Shown here one piece after another: positions 13,030 to 24,800 of a DNA stretch of 64,000 bases. The notes below the pieces were generated by a model. The model had not been told where the DNA came from, ran no database searches, and worked only from the letters and a program-made list of their open reading frames with translations. How positions within the stretch are numbered: the stretch's first letter is position 1; each line of letters begins with the position of its first letter. This DNA comes from Octopus vulgaris (taxonomy: Eukaryota). The stretch lies in assembly GCA_951406725.2 (NCBI GenBank), contig OX597814.1:20522001-20586000 (forward strand), written 5' to 3'. The position numbers and the translations under genes were made by a program.

Positions 13030-16000
13030 TTGATATACAATGGGAATATACAGTTAATTATATTAGTTGCTGGGACTTGAACTCACAACCTCATGATTAT
13101 GCATTTGCCTCTAATATTTTTTTTTTTTTTTCAAATCAGATTTTGCATTTGTGTTTTACACATTGGAGATTATGATAGGGAAAAAAATTCTTTCCAAAAT
13201 ATATATTTTGGTTACTGTACCTATCTTTTACTGACAACATATATGTATTATTTTAGTGTTTTGTGTGTTAACTAAATATTATATATGTTTACAATAAGGG
13301 AAGTGGGGGAACCAAATTAAAGATGCTTCAGCATGCTATTTTGACCTGCTAGAAATAGCAGCTAAATCACCCTCAATTTATGCCATATGATTTTTACATA
13401 TGAATGAGGAAAACTATTGCAATGTAGCTTAGACTTATTAGAAATAGTTGCGAAATTTTCTTATAAAAGCCATTGAGAGAGACCTCTATGTGATAGCTAG
13501 ATCTACTATAAATAGCAGCCAAATTTCCCTTAAATCACACCCTTTAGTTTTGTGTGTGTGTGTGCTAATAAGGGATACTTGTATGTAGTAGCTTGATTTA
13601 CTAGAAATAATACACAGATTTCCTTAAAAGCAACCTTTAGATTGACCCCAAATATTGTTTAGAGCTTAGATAACAATCATTATTATATATACAATTACCA
13701 ATAGCAGGAGTTGTGAAATGCCTTATTTGTTTCAAAGAATTCAGGATTTGGCAGAGTAATGATGAGAAAAAGCGATATATAAAGCAGAAGATTATAGATC
13801 ACTAGAGTAGTGGACAATATACTTTGTGGTATTTAATAATGTCCCTTTATATTGAGTTCAAATCCTACTTAAGTTTATCTTCTCCCATTCTTTTTCCCAA
13901 GGTTGATAAAATATATATGGTTCAAATGTACAGAAAACGAAAGACAAAGACAGGTGAGGGAACAACAAGCAATACCAGTGAAGTACTGAGGTTGATATAA
14001 TTGACTATATCTTTAAAAGTGATGCCTCAGCATGGCCTCAGTACTTTGTAACCAGCAGATGAAGAAAACTCTAGATACACACACACACACTTAGAGAAAG
14101 AATGAGATATATATGTACTATATTTGATGTCATATAAGACACACTTTTTACCAAAAGAAATGTCTCAAAAATTCACCTGCAGTTCTACATGCAAAATGGG
14201 ACTTATATTACATGCTTTAATGCACTAAAAACTTTTAATTTCATTAATATATGTTGCTGAAATTTGTGTGTGCCTAATATGCCATCAAATAGAGTAACTA
14301 TTTATCAAGTGATCTACACACACACACATAACAAAAGTGAGAGAAAATAAAGTTGCTTACTTTGCAAGTTTGGGGAATATATCCTGTGCACTTGTTTAAG
14401 ATATTTTATAATATAAAAATATATATTTATATAAAATTCTTTGTGAAACAAATATATACAAATTCCTATTTGCCTGGTTTATTTAGTCTCTTCTCTCTTT
14501 CTAACTGAAAATATGTATGTAATTAAGCATGTTAGTGTTTATGAAGCTGTGTATGTATATATCTGTATATATGTATGCGTGTGTCTATATTTTATTATTA
14601 GTCCTTTTAACCGAGAATGACTGAGTGCTTCTTTTGTGTATGAGTTTGTATGCATATATGTATGTCCATGTATTGTATATGTGTTAGTCCATGAGTGTAT
14701 ATAAACTGATTATGTGTATATGTCGGTGTATATGGTCATGTGAGTGTATGTGTGTGTGTGTGTATCTTGTCCTGGAGCCATATGAAATACTCACATGACA
14801 CTTTAGATTACTAGTACAATAGGTTGGAGCTCAGATGCTGTCTCACCAACCCCTTAGCACATAAAGGGGTTGAATATTTCAGGTGTATGTGTGTGTGGTG
14901 TCAACCAATCAGCTGAAGTTTAGCCCTCTATGATGGAAAAAGAATCTATTGTAACTGGTAGCTTGCTTGCTTTAAATATGTCCAAATAATTGCCTACTCT
15001 AATGACTAATAACTAAATGACACATTAATGCTCTCACCATAATCTTTGACTGAAAATTGTGTTATATTTAAAAATATTTATACTAATTTTGATACCAGCC
15101 AAACATCATCACCCATCTTTGAAATTATGATTATTGTCATTATTACGGATGATGATGATGACTACCATTAAGTGTAGTTAAAACGGTACCTAAACTTGAT
15201 ATCTGAGCAAACTCAAGTTAATAAGGGAGCCTCTATATGGTTGCTTGAGCTCCTAGAAATAGCAACTAAATCTTCTAATCACACCCTGCTGTTTTAAGAA
15301 AAAAGTCGGTAAGCTCATATGGCCCTGCATTGCTTCATATAGGAGAATAAAACAATGTTGGTGGTAGGAATAGTTGGTCTGGAGTTAAACAACAGTAGCA
15401 GCAACATCTGGATGAAAAGTTTTGTTCTGTCTCTGATGTCTGGAAGTGCTTTAGAATTTTCATCTTGAGTCTTTACTTTTTTTTAGTGTCAATAAAATGT
15501 GCTCCTGTGAGATACTGAGCTTATTTTTACTGATTTAAGAATGTGGAAGTACATCTTGAAAAGGAATCATTATTACCACATATTATCAATATTTTTAGTA
15601 TGAATTAACTGTTAAGTTTCAATGTAAAATGATATTAGGTATAAAAAAAGCACAGTTTGAGCAATAATGAACTTTGTTGATGGACCTGTTGGTCATTTTT
15701 CTCTTTAATTTTATCCTTACAATATATACTCTTTTACTTGTTTCAGTCATTTGACTGAAGCCATGCTGGAGCACTGCCTTTAGTCAAAGAAATTGACCCC
15801 AGGATTTATTTTTTGTAAGCCTAGTACTTATTCTATTGGTCTCTTTTGCCGAACTGCCAGGTTACGGGGACATAAACACACCAGCATCAGTTGTCAAGTG
15901 ATGGTAGGGGAACAAAAACAGACACACACAAATACATACGTACAAACATGCATACAAACAACATATATAATCAAAATAAGCAACAAGGATGTCCAGATAT

Positions 16001-16289
16001 ACCTCTGGATATCTTTTGCTGCTTATTTTGATTTTAATCACCTTATTTTGAAATTGTATGGATAATACCTTACTAAATTCTGTTACCTCAACTTATGTAC
16101 CTAATTCATCTGAATATATATATATATATATATGTATATACACACACATATGATGGGCTTCTTTCAGTTTCTGTCTACCAAATCCACTCACAAGGCTTTG
16201 GTCAGCCCGATGCTATAGTAGAAGATACTTCCCCAAGGTGTCACACAGTGGGACTGAACTTGAAACCATGTGGTTAGGAGGCAAGCTTC

Positions 16290-17245
16290 TTTATTTCATC
16301 AAATTAGCCATAAAGGCTTTACATAGAGGGGACACTACAACACATGTGGGGACACATAACAATTAAAAATATATGAAAATAAAATATGGTATTATGAATG
16401 ACACATGAAAATGAACATGAAAAACAAATTAAAATTATGGTAACATGCGTGATAATTGAAAATGAAAATATGAAGAGTGTGCTACTTACTCCACACTGAG
16501 TCCTAATTTGTCTTTAGTCTCTGGTCAAGTCCTATTTCCACTCTTGCTATCGCTCAATGACAACATTCTTTCGTAACCTTTTTCACCGGAGGAGGGGTCT
16601 TCTAAATCCTGTGGTGTCTGCTCTTTTTTTCTTTTTCCACATCACACTCAGTGTTTTCTTTTTTTTCTCTTTTTTCTTCTACTCTCTGTTATTCTCCATT
16701 CTTCCTCCTTTTCCGCCTTTCCTCCGTCTGTCTTTTCTTCCTTTTTTATCCTCCATCTCCACAACTGTTTCTTCTGCTATTGTCCCATGTAGAGGGCAGT
16801 ACGCTCTAATGTGGCCCTTTTGGCCACATTGAAAACAACATGGTACTCTGCCTTCTACCCACACTCTCGGCACAATTTCTCCCAACGTTACCGTCTCTGC
16901 CAAACTCTCCAGTTGTTCCTCCTCTGTCTGTATAATCAATTCCAATGTCTTCCCTTTCCAACCTCCTTCCTCCGTATCTGTGGCTTGAAGGACAGCCACT
17001 TTCTCCTCACTTCCAACATGGACAGCCGCCGCCACCCAAGCCACTTCTATATCAGATGGGATTGCTTCTACCCTTACCTTGGAAGTCTTTCTTCCAAGGT
17101 GTGTGGGCAGAAACACTACTTCCTCTGTATCCACCGCCTAATTTGCCAGCTTCCTCGTCTCCTCTACTGTCCTAAATTGGATGACCATCGTCCCATATCT
17201 CCTTCCTTTGGTTATATATGTCACTTCCTTTGACCACTCTCTTTG
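16290..17245 (-). mobile_element. Retroelement with ORF1-like CCHC zinc-knuckle protein followed directly by a 3' tail (no ORF2 seen)
   Basis: ORF 16679-17134: KVRVEAIPSDI...PRVWVEGRVPCCFQCGQKGHIRAYCP (CX2CX4HX4C) then a K/R-rich tail; 3' end gtcccctctatgtaaagcctttatggctaatttgatgAAATAAAgaa at ~16290. Confidence 0.8.
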
Positions 17246-17250
17246 CACCT

Positions 17251-18849
17251 TAGTCCTCCAGGCAATAACGGAGGAATTCAAGACAGGATGCCCCTGGGAG
17301 CTCCTCCATGCTGATGACCTTGCTCTAATTGCTGAATCACTATCAGAACTGGAGAAAGTTTCAGGTGTGGAAGCAAGGATTAGAATCGAAGGGCCTTAAA
17401 GTCAACCTAGCTAAAACCAAAGTCCTAATAAGTAGAAAGGTTGACAAATCACAAACACCTTCAGGTAGATGGCCCTGCTCGATCTGTAGAAAAGGCGTAG
17501 GTAGAAACTCTATAAGATGCACCAAGTGTAAGCTATGAACACATAAGAGGTGCAGCAATGTCAAAGGAAGGCTAACTAGGAAAATAGTTTTTGTATGTGG
17601 CAGATGCTCAGGAGCAATAAACACTGAAAATGCGCAGAGACCAACCTCTGCCACATTCCAGGGAGAAAAACTAGAAGTAGTTGATAGCTTCTGTTACCTA
17701 GGTGACCAAGTCAGTAGCATGGTGGGTGTGCTGAAAGTGTAACTGCTAGAGTAAGAATAGCCTGGGCAAAGTTCAGAGAGCTCTTACCCCTGCTGGTGAC
17801 AAAAGGCCTCTCGCTCAGAGTAAAAGGCAGACTGTATGACACATGTGTACGAACAGCCATGCTACATATCAGTGAAACATGGGCCGTGACTGCTGAGGAT
17901 ATGCGTAAGCTCACAAGAAATGAAGCCAGTATGCTCCGATGGATGTGTAATGTCAGTGTTCATACTCGACAGAGTGTAAGTACCTTGAGAGAAAAGTTGG
18001 ACCTAAGAAGCATCAGTTGTGGTGTGCAAGAGAGACGTTTGCACTGGTATGGTCATGTGACGAGAATAGATGAAGATAGTTGTGTGAAAAAGTGCCACAC
18101 CCTAGTGGTTGAGGGAGCCTGTGGAAGAGGTAGACCCAGGAAAACCTGGGACGAGGTGGTGAGCATGACCTTCGAACTTTAGGTCTCACCGAGGAAATAA
18201 CTAGAGACCGAGACCTTTGGAAGTATGCTGTGCGTGAGAAACCCAGCAGGACAAGTGAGACCATAACCCGTGGCCTTCTACATGGGATGTAGCCAGCCCA
18301 CTTATGCATACCTTCCCTTCTTTGGACACAAAACTCTACTTGTGAAGACCTGTTGAGGCAAGTGAGAATCAGAATCAAAATCAATCAACATCAATGGAAA
18401 TTGTAGCTGTTATACCAGTGCTGGTGGCACGTAAGAGAACCATTCGAATGTGGCCATTGCCAGCTCCGCCCCGACTGGCCTCCGTGCCAGTGGCACGTAA
18501 AAAGCACCATCCGATCATGGCCATTGCCAACCTCGCCTGGCCTCCGTGCCCGTGGCACGTAAAAAGCACCATCCGATCGTGGCCGTTGCCAGCCTTGCCT
18601 GGCCTCCATGCCGGTGGTACGTAAAAAGCACCATCCGATCGTGGCCGTTTGCCAGCCTCGTCTGGCACATAAAAAGCACCCACTACACTCACAGAGTGGT
18701 TGGCGTTAGGAAGGGCATCCAGCTGTAGAAACATTGCCAGATCAGACTGGGCCTGGTGCAGCCTTCTGGCTTCCCAGACCCCAGTTGAACCGTCCAACCC
18801 ATGCTAGCATGGAAAGCAGACACTAAACGATGATGATGATGATGATGAT
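17251..18849 (+). mobile_element. RTE-clade LINE, 5'-truncated, decayed, with (GAT)n tail
   Basis: PWELLHADDLALIAES, zinc-finger segment, [14 protein letters not shown]...WYGHV...RGRPRKTW; tandem 3'-UTR units ~18420-18680; tail to 18849. Confidence 0.95.
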
Positions 18850-18859
18850 CCATTTCTTT

Positions 18860-21800
18860 TTACATTAGCAACAGTTTCAGCTTAACAATAATACTTTGTT
18901 GGGTGCATAAAATTGAAATACCATGCACGTATGATATTTTCAACCAAAAATATTTTTGCAAACACTTCTGAAAAATGCAAAACCATTGTACTACACTTTG
19001 GCAATTTTCATCTGAAGAAGCTGGAGACACAGTAGTTTGACCAAAAGAACCAGCTATTGCAAGCAAAATTAAATATTGAAAAAGAAAAACACATTTGGCC
19101 AAATTTGAACATATGACAGTTTAACATAATAGCAATGATATATATAAGTAAATGTCTAGAAGTCCTTGAATATGTATGTCTGTGTGTATTTGTACATTTG
19201 TTTGTATACATGTGTATAAATCTATGAATGTATATTTAATGTTTGCAAATTCATATATTTGTGTGTGTGTGTGTGTGCATGCATGTATGTGTGTGTGCAT
19301 AAGGAAAGCATATTTCTTCAACAAACCACAGACTAGTTTGAGGATAAATGTAAAGGATAATATAAGAACACCTGGTTAATCTTTTCATTTTAAATCCCTA
19401 GTTTCATACCTTTTCTTAACAACTTACAGAGTCCCACTCTCTGATTAAGGTAATCCTTATTAATGATATTTTTGATCATGTAAAGACCCAGATTTTTTTT
19501 TAATGTTTTGGGTAGGGGCAGAAGATTCCCATACCTAACAGGCAGCTGTAAGTTGAAGTTCTATTTCACAAATTAATATAGGAATTTTTATTTTCATATA
19601 AAGAATCCTGCCCACAACTGTTCTTTTTTCCTTGTTGCACGCTATCATCCATTTTTTTTTTTTAAGGAATGGATATTTTTACCTCTGCTTAATCTACTAC
19701 ACACTATTCATATTCTGTGTAGGTACCTCTTGTCAAACTTGCACAATTTCCATGTAAAGAGACCTTTAAAATATAGTGAGCATATGTGTACCTTATTTCC
19801 TTTGACACTACTGAAAAGCATTTCACAAACACAGTCTTGAACAAGATTCCCTCTGCCAGAAGAACAACTAGCTAAACCCATAAAAGTTGCTACAAATACT
19901 AAGCTATACAATCTCTGAAGATCTCTCATAATAACATTACAAACATAAGCAGATACTTCAGCCTTTTTTTTTTTTCCAGCTTCTAAATCTCTATAAAGCT
20001 CAAGTTCAACTTGCATTAAAGAGCTATTAAGATATCTTTATTTTATATATTGCTACTCCCTTTCTTACACTCTCAGGTCAACAAACAACTACTGGAAACA
20101 ACTTGTCCAAATCCTCACCACTGTAATCAGTTTTGAGAAGTTCTCAGGAGATAGTGTATATGGTGTGTCCTATAATGCGGCAAAACAATGGTTAAACAAC
20201 TGGTCTCCTCAGTGACGCTGTGCCGTTTCAGGGATGGTTATTAAATGCTGTATATGTGCACACACACAAATCACAGATTGCATCCCTGCCAAAATTATTG
20301 ATAGTTCTCAAATTCATTTACAAGCACTCATAACCACTATTACACAGATGCATTATATTTTGTTATTTCTTCTATCACTACTACAATTGCCCCAGCTCTC
20401 TTGAACTAGCAACTTGTGTTCCACATATGCCCAATGCATCCTTCTCTCTTTTTGCCTCTACTGTCTCTTCCTCCAAATCCTAAATATTCCAATCCAAGGG
20501 CAGTTGATACAGGTTGTTATCGAAAGGCTTAAATATATCAATATTTTTTTGCCAGGCTTTTCCAAGCTTGTTTCTAGCATTCACAGCAGTAAAATAACTG
20601 ATGTAATGCCATCCTCAGTAGATAACAAACAAGAAAATTCCATAAGAATGTAAGGAGAGATGGATAGATGGGATAGATGACTAGTAATTGAAGGTGAGAG
20701 CTATAGGAGTGGCTCAGGTGAAGGGTTGTTAGATACATGAGGGCATTGAAAATGATAGAGAACAAAGCAGGTGTTAAGAATGGAGTATAGCAGAGAGTAG
20801 AGTGTGGCTGGAAGAAGATAATGAGGAATGGAACTTGAAAAATAAAATTATAACATACATATTAAGACAAATGTGGTAACCCTGTTGGTGCTGGTGCGAC
20901 ATAAAAATCACAAGTGCTGGTGCCACCTAAAAGGCACTGCTGCTGATACCACATAAAGATCACTAGTGCTGGTGCCATGTAAAAAGCACTGGTACTGGTG
21001 CCATGCAAAAAAGCATCAGTGCTGGTGCCACATAAAAAGCACCCAGGACATTCTGTAAAGTGGTTGACATTAGGAAGGGAATCCAGCTGTAGGAACAATG
21101 CTAAAACAGACAGTGGAACCTGGTGCAACTCCTGGCCTTACCAGCATGGAAAACAGATGTTAGATGATGATATATATAAGTGTCAGGAAAGAAAACAAAC
21201 TCTCTCTATATGTATGGTAGACTGGATCTCTCTCTAGGTAGATATTTATCTCTCATCTGCCTAACACCATAAAACTATTAGCATTTTTAAGGCTCTAAAA
21301 AGCAGGTTAGTATTAGGAAGGGCATCCAGCCATAGAAACTGTGCCTGAACAGACAATGGAGCCTGATGTAGCCCCTGTCAAACTGTCCAACCCATGCTAG
21401 CATGGAAAATGGACGTTAAATGATGATGAAGATGATAGCATACATTCATGCAATGATACACATACTGATACATACATAGGAATCTGATAATAAATTATTT
21501 ACAGGAAAGTAATGGAAAAGTGGTTCTTTAAGAGCATTTCATCCACTGGTGAGACTAACAGTGATTAAAAAAAAAGATAATAGAATTCTGAGAACTCTTA
21601 TTTATCTGATGCTGGACATAAGTATTGGATTTCCTGGTCTAGTATCAATTCCTAAAGGTCCTAGAACAACTAAACCACTCTCAGTACTGTTTACATATGT
21701 TACTCAACCCTACTGAGAAGAAAGATAAAAAATGTCTTAAGTATGAATTGATCCCAGGACAAGATTTATTGAACACTAAACACTGTATTCCCACCTGTTG

Positions 21801-24800
21801 TGACCAAATTATCAATGCTAATAGTGAAATTAAATAATATACAATAGAGTGTAGGAACTAAGTAAAATTAGACTGAGTATGTATTCTTATATAGAATTAA
21901 CCTGCCACATTAATGATTTCATTTGATTCAAGACCATATTTGTAAAGGAGAATCAATGACTAACTGAATAAATACTTATTAGTGTTGTTCAGCTCCCAGG
22001 TTAGCCTGATTGAACTGGCCTATGAATAAAGGCACTCCAGTCATGATTACTTCATATATTTTGTTCTAGATATAATGCATCTAGTACTACACTATTCAAT
22101 ATATCCTTCTTTTTTTAAAGTCAGTTGTATGTGATATCAGAGAGGCTTGGCTCTTATTTTTAGCAGATCAAATGATAATGTATTGGTTAATTTGTTGACA
22201 CATAATAATTGATGAATGTATATCTTTCTGGAATTTCATTAACATTAGACTAATGAAAAGTTAAGTCAAAGTAGATGTGAGGTTTTGAAATTTATAAAGT
22301 GTAGATTAACTTACAGCTATTTTTATTACATTTCTGAAAGACAGTTCAGCATATATAAAACATTTTGATATTTAAAAGGTAAAAAGAAACAGCATTTAAT
22401 ACATCACTAACTTGATTACTATAAAAGAAAATTAAATTTTCAAGAAATATATTTGGAGATTGAAAACCAGAAAAACAATTAGCAAAATGTACTTACAAAC
22501 AAAAGATAAAACCATTGTAAAGATGAAAACTGAAAATCAGTTGATTAGAAAAATATTAACCCACCTTTTCCCCAACAGCTTTTATCAAATGACTTGATGT
22601 CCAGACTATTCAGTTCTGTGTATGTTGTCATTATTCATTGAAATACCTTAAGTGTCATTTTCTTATTTCACCTCTTGCTATCTCATGAATAGTGCTGTCA
22701 GGTTTTTTTATGCTTTCCTTAATATTTCTTTCTCCCTGTCCTATCTGATAATTACCTTTTTAAGTTTGAACAACCTTAAATTATTCCATGTATTTATTAA
22801 ATTGATACAAAAATTGTTGCCTTTTTTAAGTAAAACTCCAGTGTAAGCTTTTGTATATAGAAAATAATAATAGGTGCAGAGGTGCAGACATTGCTATGTG
22901 ATAAAGAAGTTTGCTTTGTAACCACTTGGTTTCAGGTTGGATCCCACTACACAGCACCTTTGAACAGTTTCTACTACAGCTGCATGTTGACAAATACCTG
23001 ATTTAAAAGCTAGTATTTGCTGCTTGCCTTATGTTCCTTTATTAACTACATCTTAGCAGTTTGACAAACAGTAATCGATTGAATATCAGACCGAAATAAG
23101 AACTGTGGTTGATATAATTGATTAAGACACATGAAGATATTATCTCAGTATGGCTGCAGCAGTACAGTAACTTAAAATAGTAGAAAAAAAAATACTTCAT
23201 TTAGAAATAGCAAATACATTTAGCAAATAAGTAGGATAAGCCTGCAGTAGCTCATTTTAATCTTTTTATATTTTATTTATTGTTTATTTTTGTTTGTCAA
23301 ATATTTCTGTTACACAGGCAGTTCTTCTATGATATTGTTATTTAACTGCAGGTCCACTCTGATTCCAGTCATGATCATCTCTTCTTTTATTCAGACATAG
23401 TGCATCCAGAACCTCCTTATCCAATGTGTTCTTTCCTTTTTTTCTTCTTTTCTGTCTCTGTCTCACTGCATGGCACTTTGGGCAAGTGTCCTCTGACCAA
23501 AGCCTTGTGAATGAATTTGGTACCCAGAAGCTAAAAGAAGTTTGTGCATGTATTTCATCATTATCACCATCATTTAACATCCATTTTCCATGCTGGCATG
23601 GGATAGATGGTATGATAGGAGCTGACAAACAAGATGACTGCACCAAGTTCTTCTATCTGTTTTGACATGGTTTCTGTAGTTAAATGCCTTTCCTAATGCC
23701 AGCCACTTTACAGGTGTACTGGGTGCTTTTTATATGACACCAACAAAATCACCAAGTAACCTGCAAAACTAGACCCCCACCAACTGAGTGGGGAATACTA
23801 TTGAGGGAAGTGGCCTTGTGCCAGGTGATAAAAGGTTAGAGAATAACAGAAGCTAGAGACAGGTGTCTTACAGTAGAGGAGATACTTGCCTACCTTAGTT
23901 GGAAAAAGAAAGGAGAGACAGGAAGAAAGAAAGGATGGCAAAGAAGATGTGTTGGAGTGCATCCTCAGGTTACAGGGAAGGCTATATAAGTGAAGAGGTA
24001 AAGAGGATTGGATAGGATAAGTGGGTAGGTAAGTTTGCATGAGTGCAAAAAGGAGAGTGGGAGATGGTGGAGAGGGGATGGTTTAAGAAGGTGAGTTGTG
24101 TTGTGGAGAGAGATTGGTCAGGATCTTTGACAATATAGAGAAAAGGCCTACAAGACAAACGGACTATATTGCAAGAGTGCTCAAATTTTTGTCTTTCATT
24201 TTTATACAGTGTATACCCACAAGTATTGGTTTATTTAAACGTAAAAATGAATTTATTATTCAGTCCTTAGCCACCAATAGGTTCTTGAAATATCTTCATA
24301 TTTTAATGTAAATATATTTCTGTAGAGTTAAAGATTTTACAGTTTTTGAAGTTACAAATTTTTTCTACTAAAATAATTGTTTCTAATTTAGGCATAAGGC
24401 TAGCAATTTGGTGAGATGAATTAGTTGGTACCCAGTACTTGATTGATTCATTGCTTTTTATCCTTTTGGAGTAAATAAAGTTGACCTCTAATGGATTTGA
24501 ATTCAGAAAGTAGATAGTGGGAAAAATACTGCCAAAGTATTCTATCTAAAGCTCTAATGATTCTGTCAAGAATGATAATAGTTTATTTCATTTTTGTCAA
24601 AAATTAGGATAAACTAAATGCAGTTTCAACAAAAGAGAAACATATTTCTTAAAATTACTTTCTATTCAAAATATTTTTTGTTTAATAGCTTACCATCTTT
24701 GCTATAAATACCTCTAAACAATTTGTCTGAAAAGAAGATAGAAACCAAAAATAGAACTGAAATGCTCCAGATAAGATTATTGTAACATTGACAATAATAT

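Noticed and set aside
18860-19102. Single-exon secreted peptide [22 protein letters not shown]...
   Set aside because: The start is TTG with no in-frame ATG, and the apparent signal peptide overlaps the polypyrimidine tract of the acceptor at 19053; treated as a spliced exon candidate instead.
19708-20016. 102-aa minus-strand ORF
   Set aside because: No recognisable motif or splice context; it overlaps a decayed LINE-like remnant and an A-run.
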